Below are positions 1 through 7,106 of a DNA stretch of 15,922 bases, piece by piece. Below the pieces are notes generated by a model that was not told the DNA's origin, made no database searches, and saw only the letters and a program-made list of their open reading frames with translations. This DNA is from Candidatus Micrarchaeia archaeon (lineage in GTDB: Archaea; Micrarchaeota; Micrarchaeia; Micrarchaeales; CABMGC01). How positions within the stretch are numbered: the first letter of the stretch is position 1; every line of letters begins with the position of its first letter. The translations under genes were made by a program, and so were the position numbers. The DNA lies in NCBI GenBank assembly GCA_049976305.1, contig JBMFIM010000016.1:1-15922 (forward strand), in the 5' to 3' direction.

Positions 1-75
1 GGCAATGGCAACAACGGCGTGCCAAGCAACGTTATGTTTGTGAGCAACTGGTGGTCTGGCTACACGCCGCCGTGA
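1..75 (+). CDS. 3' end of an upstream gene (partial), probably a LamG/concanavalin-like jellyroll surface protein
   Basis: Frame 1 reads GNGNNGVPSNVMFVSNWWSGYTPP-TGA. The GNGNNG motif plus a short aromatic/Pro tail resembles, from memory, the 'D-x-S-G-N-x-N-x-G' ends of LamG domains that are common in DPANN. Only 24 codons are visible. Confidence 0.5.
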   Translation, partial: GNGNNGVPSNVMFVSNWWSGYTPP

Positions 76-145
76 AGTTGCTGCTTGTTTTATTAATTGC
101 AGTAAACCCGCATCTCCATAGTATTTCGCTTAATGCCGAATGCTG

Positions 146-186
146 ATAAGTATTTTTAAGTGCATGCTCCGGCATAAAAGTTATGC
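146..186 (+). promoter_or_regulatory. Putative BRE/TATA promoter of the Nudix-IPK unit with a downstream inverted repeat
   Basis: ATAAGTATTTTTAAG lies about 35-45 nt upstream of ATG 193. The perfect inverted repeat GCATAA-aag-TTATGC (172-186) covers the expected transcription start. Confidence 0.4.
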
Positions 187-192
187 GTTTCT

Positions 193-654
193 ATGCCTGA
201 ACCATTGCAAGTAGCAGGGGTAGTGGTTATAAACAATAGCCATGAAGTGCTCTTCCTGAAAAGGAGCCAGAAAGATGACAAGTATCCTGGGCTATGGAAT
301 ATTGTGGCTGGGACCAAAGAGCCTGGCGAAAGTATAGAGGAAACTGCTCGCAGGGAGCTAGAGGAAGAGACTGGCTTGAGTGCCGCCAAAGGAGATTTTT
401 CTAAGCTTGTTGAATTTGACCATTTCATTGAGCTTCCCAGCAAGAAAATACCAATGCATGTAACCTTGTTTGTTTTCTTCGCTGGTGATGAGCCGATACG
501 CCTTTCCGAGGAGCACAGCGCAGCACGTTTTATTCCAATTCAGGATCTACCAATCATTGCCGCATCTAGAGGGAGCGAGTTTACTCCTACAGATGTCCTT
601 ATAATGGAAATGCTTGGGCAGTGGCTTCTTTTGGCAAAGCAAAAGGTGGCATGA
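193..654 (+). CDS. Nudix hydrolase
   Basis: Complete Nudix box G-x5-E-x7-REUxEExGU (GTKEPGESIEETARRELEEETGL), with upstream LFLKRS and YPGLW and downstream LSEEH. Confidence 0.92.
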   Translation: MPEPLQVAGVVVINNSHEVLFLKRSQKDDKYPGLWNIVAGTKEPGESIEETARRELEEETGLSAAKGDFSKLVEFDHFIELPSKKIPMHVTLFVFFAGDEPIRLSEEHSAARFIPIQDLPIIAASRGSEFTPTDVLIMEMLGQWLLLAKQKVA

Positions 655-1371
655 TTGCTTGTTATCAAAGTAGGCGGCTCTGCTCTGTCAGACAAGGCAA
701 CAGGCAAAATGCATACTAGGCAGGTCGCGAGTAACTTGGCCAAGGAGCTAGGCAAGGAAAAGGCAGTGCTGATTCTAGGTGCAGGTTTTGTTGGCCATAC
801 GCTTGCAAAGAAGTATGACCTAAGAAGGCTTTCAAATAACCAGAAGGAGTGGGCTTTGCTGAAGTATGCTGTAGATGAAGTCGAGAATTCTTTTGTAGAG
901 CTGCTTGTCAACTATGGTCTAGCTCCTTTCCCTCTATCTCTTCCATCACTGTTTACTCTTCGCAATGGTTCAATCTCCTGGTTTAACGGCAAGATAATAA
1001 GAGGATATTTGGAAAAGGGCTTCTTGCCTGTTTTGCACAGCGATGCACCGCTTGATGCCGAGCTTGGGGTAAGCATATTATCTGGAGATAAGGCAGCTGT
1101 TAAAATTGCAAACTACCTTGGTGCAGATATCGTCTTTGGGACAGATGTTGACGGATTGCTAGATAAAAACAGGAAAGTAATAAAAGCAATAGGCAAGGCA
1201 GAGGCGGCAAAGCTAGATTTCTGGAAGGTCAATGACGTTAGTGGGGGAATGGAAAACAAGATAAAAGAGGCTTTGAAGGCAAATGGCAAGGTTTACATAA
1301 TAAACCTGAGGAAGCCAGGAATGCTCAAAGCAGTGATTGCGGGAAAGAACCCAGGCACACTGCTCTTTTGA
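655..1371 (+). CDS. ipk: Isopentenyl phosphate kinase (amino-acid kinase family)
   Basis: Motifs IKVGGSALSDK, GAGFVGH (IPK-type His), LSGD, GTDVDG and DVSGGMENK. TTG start with AGGTGG ribosome-binding site at 644-649. Confidence 0.82.
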   Translation: MLVIKVGGSALSDKATGKMHTRQVASNLAKELGKEKAVLILGAGFVGHTLAKKYDLRRLSNNQKEWALLKYAVDEVENSFVELLVNYGLAPFPLSLPSLFTLRNGSISWFNGKIIRGYLEKGFLPVLHSDAPLDAELGVSILSGDKAAVKIANYLGADIVFGTDVDGLLDKNRKVIKAIGKAEAAKLDFWKVNDVSGGMENKIKEALKANGKVYIINLRKPGMLKAVIAGKNPGTLLF

Positions 1372-1377
1372 CTTAGC

Positions 1378-1386
1378 TATTTTAAT
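1378..1386 (+). promoter_or_regulatory. TATA-like element upstream of priS (probably leaderless mRNA)
   Basis: TATTTTAAT about 22-30 nt before ATG 1408, and no ribosome-binding site in between. Confidence 0.4.
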
Positions 1387-1407
1387 CTTCCAAACCTAAC
1401 CTAAATT

Positions 1408-2574
1408 ATGTCAGAACTCGGCGATAGGCTTGTTGTGCAGCTTATCAGGGATTACTACTCCGCTGCCGATATTGCTTCCATTGCTCCAGACAGGATCAGC
1501 GAAAGAGAGTTTGGCTATGGAGTGATAGGAAACAAAATTGCGAACAGGCACATGGCTTTCAAGACGCCTGCCGAGCTCAAGAATTTCTTGGTTAGCAATG
1601 CGCCTGCTTTTGTAGATTACTCTGCAGCTTATTACCGATTTCCTGATGCAAGGCCTATGGAAAAGAAAATTTGGCTCGGCTCAGAACTAAGGTTCGATCT
1701 CGATGCTAGTGATGCCAAGTACGATTGCAAGATCCACGCCAAGGGCTGGCTATGTGACGAAAGGTTGGAGGCTGTGAAAAGGGATACGCTTTTGCTAATT
1801 GAAGATTTTCTTATTGGTGATTTCGGCTTGTCTGAGAAGGAGATAGCGATAAACTTCAGCGGCAACAGAGGCTACCATATCCACATAACCAAAGAAGCTG
1901 TGTTGCAGCTGAGCCAAGAAGCAAGGGAGGACCTCTGCAACTACATAAAGCCTACAAGCATACCTGCAAAGGTGCTTTTTCCTGCTTTGGCAAAGCCTAT
2001 GAAGCGAATGCCCCAAGTTTTTCCTGGGCCTAAGCCTAATGAGCCTGGCTGGCATGGCAAGTTCGCGCTCGCCTTCATAGAAAAGCTCAAGAATGTAGAG
2101 AGCTTGATGGGCTTGGGCATTGATGAGAAGCTGGCAAAGAGGCTGAACAAGGAAAAGGAGCTTGTGGAGATGGGCATTAGGCAAGGCAACTGGAGCCTTG
2201 TTCGTATGCCACCCACAGAGCAGTATTGGCAAAAGGTAATAGACTCAATATTGTTTGAGAGGAGTGTCTTCATCGATGCAAACGTAACCAAGGATCCTTC
2301 GCACCTTATGCGCCTTCCTAATACCATACACGGCGGCAGCGGGTTCATAGCAAAGAAAATAGCAAGCATAGCAGATCTTGAGAAGTTTGATCCTATGAAG
2401 GATGCCATCGCTTGGAAAAAGGGCGAAGCAAAGATTGTTGCAAACACACCATATGCTTTGCGGATAGGAGATGAATCCTATGGGCCGTTTGCCAATGCAG
2501 AGGCCATAGTGCCTATCTACGCCGCCACATACTTATATTTAAAAGGTTTTGCAGACATAAAATCTATTTACTAG
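1408..2574 (+). CDS. priS: DNA primase catalytic subunit PriS
   Basis: Archaeo-eukaryotic primase motifs REFG, ELRFDLDA (DxD), FSGNRGYH and IDANVTKDPSHLMRLPNTIHG. Confidence 0.95.
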   Translation: MSELGDRLVVQLIRDYYSAADIASIAPDRISEREFGYGVIGNKIANRHMAFKTPAELKNFLVSNAPAFVDYSAAYYRFPDARPMEKKIWLGSELRFDLDASDAKYDCKIHAKGWLCDERLEAVKRDTLLLIEDFLIGDFGLSEKEIAINFSGNRGYHIHITKEAVLQLSQEAREDLCNYIKPTSIPAKVLFPALAKPMKRMPQVFPGPKPNEPGWHGKFALAFIEKLKNVESLMGLGIDEKLAKRLNKEKELVEMGIRQGNWSLVRMPPTEQYWQKVIDSILFERSVFIDANVTKDPSHLMRLPNTIHGGSGFIAKKIASIADLEKFDPMKDAIAWKKGEAKIVANTPYALRIGDESYGPFANAEAIVPIYAATYLYLKGFADIKSIY

Positions 2575-2581
2575 TGGTTTT

Positions 2582-3148
2582 ATGGGCTATGCTAAATACT
2601 TGCAAGAGACAATGCAGAAAGAGTACAAGACAAACTCTAAGGAGCTTAGGGAAAGGCTCGCAAAATGGAGAGACGAAGCACCTATTGTAAGGGTAGAGGG
2701 GCCTACAAACATAGCAAGAGCGAGACGGCTCGGCTACAAGGCAAAGCAGGGAGTTTTTATTGTAAGGGTAAGAGTAGGCAGGGGCCTAAGCAAGAGGCCT
2801 AAGCCAAGGGGTGGCAGGAAGCCTTCCAAAATGGGTAGGTTCTACGCTTATCACAAGTCTCTGCAGGCAATCGCTGAGGAAAGGGCTGCAGCAAAGTATA
2901 CCAACGCAGAGGTGTTGAACTCTTATTTCGTCGGTGCAGACGGTTCAAACAAGTTCTACGAGGTAATAATGGTTGACAGGGCACATCCAGCTGTGCTTGC
3001 AGATCCGTTCCTTAGCAAGATAGCAGCGCAAAAAGGAAGGGCACAGAGGGGCCTTACAAGCGCAGGCAAAAGGCATAGAGGACTGAACAAGAAAGGAAGA
3101 GGCTCGTTCAAGACAAGGCCGAGCGTAAGGTCAAGAGAGAGGCTATGA
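2582..3148 (+). CDS. rpl15e: 50S ribosomal protein L15e
   Basis: PTNIARARRLGYKAKQG, RVRVGRG, AEERA, EVLNSY, YEVIMVD and RGLTSAGK are L15e signatures. The protein is highly basic. Confidence 0.97.
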   Translation: MGYAKYLQETMQKEYKTNSKELRERLAKWRDEAPIVRVEGPTNIARARRLGYKAKQGVFIVRVRVGRGLSKRPKPRGGRKPSKMGRFYAYHKSLQAIAEERAAAKYTNAEVLNSYFVGADGSNKFYEVIMVDRAHPAVLADPFLSKIAAQKGRAQRGLTSAGKRHRGLNKKGRGSFKTRPSVRSRERL

Positions 3149-3381
3149 ATGCCTATACTGCAAAGCTCGTAATAAGCATAGGCGGCCTAGCGAAAGACTA
3201 TTTCTCGATAATGGACAAGCCGAAAAAGTACAAGCGCAGTAGGCTCAAGATAAGAAACGGGAAAGGCAGGATTGAGGTGGAAATAGAAGCAAACGACGCC
3301 ACCGCCTTAATTGCTACCTTGGGCAGTATCGTGAAGCAGCTAAGCGTTATAAGAAAGGTTGACAGCCTAGTAGAAAAGTAA
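3145..3381 (+). CDS. pcc1: KEOPS complex subunit Pcc1
   Basis: 78 aa. RS...IEVEIEANDATALIATLGSIVKQL matches the Pcc1 pattern I-x-A-x-D-x-x-AL-x-A-x-x-x-S. ATGA overlap with rpl15e. Confidence 0.75.
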   Translation: MNAYTAKLVISIGGLAKDYFSIMDKPKKYKRSRLKIRNGKGRIEVEIEANDATALIATLGSIVKQLSVIRKVDSLVEK

Positions 3382-3408
3382 TTTAGCCTTCACTGCCATA
3401 TTTTCAAT

Positions 3409-4332
3409 ATGGAAGAAAAGCTGGGCTTTGCCTACAAGTACCCTTTTTCTGAAGAAGCCAAGGAGATAATAAAGGCTTTGCCCAGCCAAGGGTTTGATGA
3501 AAAGTATGCGCTTTCGGCTTTGGAGCGCATAAACGAGGACTTGGGCAAAAAGCCAGAGTTCGTTCCTACAAGCTACAGCCCTCTGATGCTTAGCAGGGTA
3601 GTTGGCTATGTTTATGCTAGGCTAATAGTAAGCGCTACGCAGAACAATTATGTTGTGAAAATGTTTGCAAAAGGCGAGGCGGAAAGAAGTGCAAAAGCCC
3701 TTACACTAAGCCCCGAAGACATACCTTATGTTGCTAAAGAGCTTAAGGTTGAGCTGGAAGCCTCTGGAGACTATTATGTCGTAGACGTCTTCAGCTTCCT
3801 TAAAATTGCCAAAGGAGCCGAAGGCCTAAAACTGTATAGCTTGCCTCTCAAATCTGGCAAGGTGTTGCTTAACAAGGAGCAAGTAATACTGCTGCTCAAA
3901 AGCGCGATAGAAGAAGCAATTTTGCAAGGCCTGCCAATACCTAAAGACAAGCTGCCGCAGGAGGTTTTTGGCTATGCAAAAGGAGTAACAATTTCTGAAA
4001 AGCCCTTGATTGCAAATGCAAAGGCCTCTGGCAAATATGTGTGGATAGAAAAGCTTCTGCAAACGCCAATTCCTGATGTAAGGCACAGGTCTGTTAATTT
4101 AATTCTTGCTCCTTATTTGGTAAATGTCAAGGGGCTTAGCGAGGAAGAGGCGGCAAACATTATAATAGGCTATATAGAAAAGTGCAAACTGCTAAACCCT
4201 AACACAAAGGTAACCGATTCATATATAAGGTACCAGTGCAAATACGCAAAGGAGCATGGGCTTCGGCCTCTTTCGCTCGAAAGGGCAAAGGAGCTTTTCA
4301 AGGGAGTTCTCGACCTTTCAGAGTTCAGCTGA
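3409..4332 (+). CDS. priL: DNA primase large subunit: PriL N-terminal domain fused to a PriX-like C-terminal domain
   Basis: N-terminus has PriL-like KYPFSEEAK, YARLIVS, FAKGEAER and LKLYSLPLKSGKVLL. C-terminus (from 4036) YVWIEKLL..PDVRHR...YLVNVKGLSEEEA...GLRPLSL resembles PriX. Only two Cys in the protein and no PPC Fe-S motif. Confidence 0.85.
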   Translation: MEEKLGFAYKYPFSEEAKEIIKALPSQGFDEKYALSALERINEDLGKKPEFVPTSYSPLMLSRVVGYVYARLIVSATQNNYVVKMFAKGEAERSAKALTLSPEDIPYVAKELKVELEASGDYYVVDVFSFLKIAKGAEGLKLYSLPLKSGKVLLNKEQVILLLKSAIEEAILQGLPIPKDKLPQEVFGYAKGVTISEKPLIANAKASGKYVWIEKLLQTPIPDVRHRSVNLILAPYLVNVKGLSEEEAANIIIGYIEKCKLLNPNTKVTDSYIRYQCKYAKEHGLRPLSLERAKELFKGVLDLSEFS

Positions 4333-4588
4333 CTGAAAAGTCCTTGGATGTCTTGCCTTTGGGGAAAGCAATGCCGTTTGGCGATTCAACAGGCAGATGG
4401 GTTTCCTCTGCTATTTTTACAAGGTCTGCCAAGCCAACTAGCTTATCAGTATGCAACACCAAATACGCTTGAGCCCCTTCCTTTGTTGTTACGCTGAACC
4501 TTATCTTTTGCACCAAGCCCGCTATGCTGAGCCTCGCTTCGTAAAAGCCCCTTTTAACTATTGATTCAGCAATGGCATCAAGTGCCAT
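4325..4588 (-). CDS. Hypothetical protein (87 aa, MALDAIAESIV...)
   Basis: Protein-like composition. Start moved to ATG 4588 because TTTATAT (4617-4611, minus strand) lies about 25-30 nt upstream. 8-nt convergent overlap with priL. Confidence 0.7.
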   Translation of the reverse strand: MALDAIAESIVKRGFYEARLSIAGLVQKIRFSVTTKEGAQAYLVLHTDKLVGLADLVKIAEETHLPVESPNGIAFPKGKTSKDFSVS

Positions 4589-4610
4589 AATGTGCTTACT
4601 CAGGCAAAGA

Positions 4611-4617
4611 ATATAAA
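4611..4617 (-). promoter_or_regulatory. TATA box for the 87-aa gene (possibly bidirectional)
   Basis: TTTATAT on the minus strand at leaderless spacing from ATG 4588. It reads ATATAAA on the plus strand, preceded by the purine-rich CAAAGA. Confidence 0.45.
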
Positions 4618-4728
4618 CGGTCGGCATATGTAGTTTGGGCATATTCGATCTAGAAGAGCAAAGACGAGCAGAAGCGCCGCTTGAGAACGCAGGAGTTAGG
4701 TTCGCGTAAGCCGTAGTGTCGGGTTTCC

Positions 4729-4736
4729 TATTTTAA
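4729..4736 (+). promoter_or_regulatory. TATA-like element of the nuo operon
   Basis: TATTTTAA 23-30 nt upstream of nuoA ATG 4759; same motif and spacing as upstream of priS. Confidence 0.45.
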
Positions 4737-4758
4737 CATTTGCGTTTCATATTAAATC

Positions 4759-5112
4759 ATGTATCTTTATCTTGCCATTGCCGTATTTGCAGCGGTGGCT
4801 CTCGCAATACCTGGCGCAATGCTTCTCGCCTCGCTTCTTATAAGGCCCAAAGAAGGCACAGAATTGCAGAAAGAACCTTGGGAAAGTGGAGAAGAGACAA
4901 TCGGCCAGAGGGCAGATCTTCTCCACCAATACCTGCCGTATTTTAACGCATTCCTTATGCTGGAGCTCCTTGCTGCAAGCGTAATTCTGCTAGGCATTGG
5001 CGGTGTTGGTGGTATAGCTTTAGTTTTTGTTATTGGACTTGTAGTGCTTGGTACGGTATTGAGTTGGATTTTGCTTGCAATTGCTAAGCACAGAGTCGGT
5101 GGTGCTAAATGA
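4759..5112 (+). CDS. nuoA: Complex I-like oxidoreductase subunit A
   Basis: Three hydrophobic segments, loop KEPWESGE (equivalent of the YECG loop), and first gene before nuoB. Confidence 0.85.
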   Translation: MYLYLAIAVFAAVALAIPGAMLLASLLIRPKEGTELQKEPWESGEETIGQRADLLHQYLPYFNAFLMLELLAASVILLGIGGVGGIALVFVIGLVVLGTVLSWILLAIAKHRVGGAK

Positions 5113-5660
5113 CAACCGAATTTGAGAATGCAGAGAAGGAAATGAGCAGGCTTGTTGAAGCTTCGCTCAAAAAATATGGCCTGAAACAGAACGTGCTATT
5201 TGCGAGGCTTTCCGACATAACAAAAGCAGCAAGCAGCGGGCTAATTACCTGGTCGCGCAAAAATAGCGTATGGCCTTCTCTTTTCGGCCTCGCCTGCTGC
5301 GCAATGGAGCTTATGGACTTTGGTTCGGCGAGGATTGATGCCGAAAGAGGGAGCTACCTTCTTTTCCGTGCTACACCCAGACAAAGCGATGTGATGATTG
5401 TTGCAGGCTGGGTTACCAAGTCCATAATACCAGAAATAAAAAGAATGTATGAGCAGATGATGAAGCCAAGATATGTTGTGGCATATGGCGAGTGTGCAAC
5501 CTCTGGCGGGCCTTGGTTTGAAAGCTATAACATCATAAGGGGAATAGACCAGGTCTTGCCTGTGGATGTTTACGTTGCTGGCTGCCCTCCTAAGCCAGAG
5601 AACCTCTTCGCAGCATTACTCAAACTGCAAAAGAAAATAGGTGGTAACATTGAAGGTTGA
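5109..5660 (+). CDS. nuoB: Complex I-like oxidoreductase subunit B (N2 cluster)
   Basis: GLACCAME, ATPRQSDVMIVAG, GECATSGG and VDVYVAGCPPKPE. Confidence 0.96.
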   Translation: MTTEFENAEKEMSRLVEASLKKYGLKQNVLFARLSDITKAASSGLITWSRKNSVWPSLFGLACCAMELMDFGSARIDAERGSYLLFRATPRQSDVMIVAGWVTKSIIPEIKRMYEQMMKPRYVVAYGECATSGGPWFESYNIIRGIDQVLPVDVYVAGCPPKPENLFAALLKLQKKIGGNIEG

Positions 5661-6018
5661 AAGCAAGGTTTTGCTTAAAACAGCGGAGGAAATGAAAAAT
5701 AAAGGGTTTTCCTACTTAGTGAAGATCACAGCGGTGGACAACATTAGCTCGCTAGTTGTGCTTTACTTTCTTAGAAATATTGATACTGGAGAAGAGGAAA
5801 CATTAGAGGTCGAGCTGCACCCTGTAGATGCAAGCATTCCAAGCATAATGCACATCTACAAAGCAGCAGACTGGTATGAGCGCGAGCTCAAGGAAATGTT
5901 TGGCATAGAAATCACTGGCAGGAATGCCCCGCGGCTGCTGCTTGAAAAGTGGAATGGAATAGAGCCGCCACTAAGGAAAAACTTCGAATGGGGCAAGCCT
6001 TACAAGGCGATGGATTGA
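5650..6018 (+). CDS. nuoC: Complex I-like oxidoreductase subunit C (short form)
   Basis: ITAVD, IPSI...YKAADWYERELKEMFGI and PPLRK. Start is TTG 5650 (AGGTGG at 5639-5644) or GTG 5641. Confidence 0.9.
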   Translation: MKVESKVLLKTAEEMKNKGFSYLVKITAVDNISSLVVLYFLRNIDTGEEETLEVELHPVDASIPSIMHIYKAADWYERELKEMFGIEITGRNAPRLLLEKWNGIEPPLRKNFEWGKPYKAMD

Positions 6019-7106
6019 CAACAAAGATAAATGTAGGGCCGATACATCCAAGCACGCACGGCGTGCTAAGGCTAGTTGTAGAGCTAGATGGCGATGAGAT
6101 TGTCAATGTCGAGCCTCACATAGGCTTCCTGCACAGGGGCGTTGAAAAGCTCATGGAAACAAGAAACTACATGCAGGACCTGCCATACGTAGAGAAGCTT
6201 GATTACGTTGCACCCGAATCCTATTCAGAGGCCTACATCTCTGCGGTTGAGTCCGCCCTTGGAGTCGAGGTTAAGGAGCGTGCCCAATACCTGCGTGTTG
6301 TCTTGCTTGAGCTCCAGAGGATAGCAAGCCATCTGCTTTGGCTCGGCACTTTCCTGAACGACCTGGGTCACTTCTTCACCGTGTTCATGTGGGCGTTTGC
6401 AGACAGAGACAAGATTTTGAGGCTTCTTCAGGAGCATGCTGGAGCGAGGATGTTTTATGTGAACATGAGGCTTGGAGGCCTAAACAGAGACGTGCCCCCT
6501 GGATTTGAGGAAGAAGTGCTTAGCGTATTAAGCGACATTGAGAAAAGAATTCCTATGTACGAGTCCTATCTTGAGAAAAATGAAATATTCTTGGAGAGGA
6601 CAAAGGGCATAGGCCCCCTTAGCTCCCACAAGGCGATAGAGCTGGGCGTTACTGGGCCTGTTCTTAGGGCATCAGGCGTGAACTTTGACATAAGAAGCAG
6701 AAAACCCTATTATGTATATGATAAGCTCAATTTCAAACCCCAAGTTTTAAGCTCTGGGGACGTGTTTGCTAGGTACAAGGTCAGAATGCTAGAAATGAAA
6801 GAAAGCATTCGGCTTGTTAAAGAAGCCATAAGGCGCATGCCGCCTGGGGACGCTGTCGGCATGCCGATAAGGCTGATAATACCTGCGCCCAAGAACAAGG
6901 AGGTTTGTGTTTACCGAGAGACGCCAAGAGGGGAGCTTTTGATTTACATGGTGGCCGGGCAGCAAGGCCCATACAGGGTTTCTTTCAGGTCTCCTTCATT
7001 CATAAACCTGGCCGCATTGCCTGAGCTTGCAAAAGGCGCTCACTATGCAGACCTCTTTGCGATTCTCGGTAGCTTGGATTTGGTGATACCAGATGTTGAT
7101 AGGTGA
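6015..7106 (+). CDS. nuoD: Complex I-like oxidoreductase subunit D
   Basis: NVGPIHPSTHGVLRL, GFLHRGVEK, LDYV, ELQRIASHL, TGPVLRASG, ETPRGE and C-terminal LGSLDLVIPDVDR. No NiFe CxxC motifs. Start set at TTG 6015 (TTGA overlap with nuoC). Confidence 0.95.
   Translation: MTTKINVGPIHPSTHGVLRLVVELDGDEIVNVEPHIGFLHRGVEKLMETRNYMQDLPYVEKLDYVAPESYSEAYISAVESALGVEVKERAQYLRVVLLELQRIASHLLWLGTFLNDLGHFFTVFMWAFADRDKILRLLQEHAGARMFYVNMRLGGLNRDVPPGFEEEVLSVLSDIEKRIPMYESYLEKNEIFLERTKGIGPLSSHKAIELGVTGPVLRASGVNFDIRSRKPYYVYDKLNFKPQVLSSGDVFARYKVRMLEMKESIRLVKEAIRRMPPGDAVGMPIRLIIPAPKNKEVCVYRETPRGELLIYMVAGQQGPYRVSFRSPSFINLAALPELAKGAHYADLFAILGSLDLVIPDVDR

Noticed and set aside
652..654. Selenocysteine recoding of the Nudix/IPK TGA
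   Set aside because: The codon lies in a linker rather than at a catalytic Cys position, no SECIS-like element is evident, and an RBS supports independent IPK initiation.
4589..4642. Track N-terminal extension of the minus-strand hypothetical gene
   Set aside because: It runs through the TATA element; ATG 4588 fits leaderless spacing.
4618..4728. tRNA half, C/D box sRNA, SRP RNA, RNase P RNA, tmRNA or a known riboswitch
   Set aside because: The TTCG motifs lack a paired T-stem, there are no RUGAUGA/CUGA boxes, and I recognise no SRP, RNase P, TPP or fluoride-riboswitch consensus. Retained only as an unknown candidate.
5949..6014. Track N-terminal extension of nuoD
   Set aside because: It overlaps the conserved 3' end of nuoC. 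Similarity starts at KINVGP, and TTG 6015 gives a typical 4-nt overlap.
5109..7106. Group 4 [NiFe]-hydrogenase (Ech/Mbh/Hyc) interpretation
   Set aside because: The large subunit lacks both CxxC nickel-binding motifs and ends in DVDR, the small subunit has the adjacent CC of NuoB, and nuoA/J/K are present.
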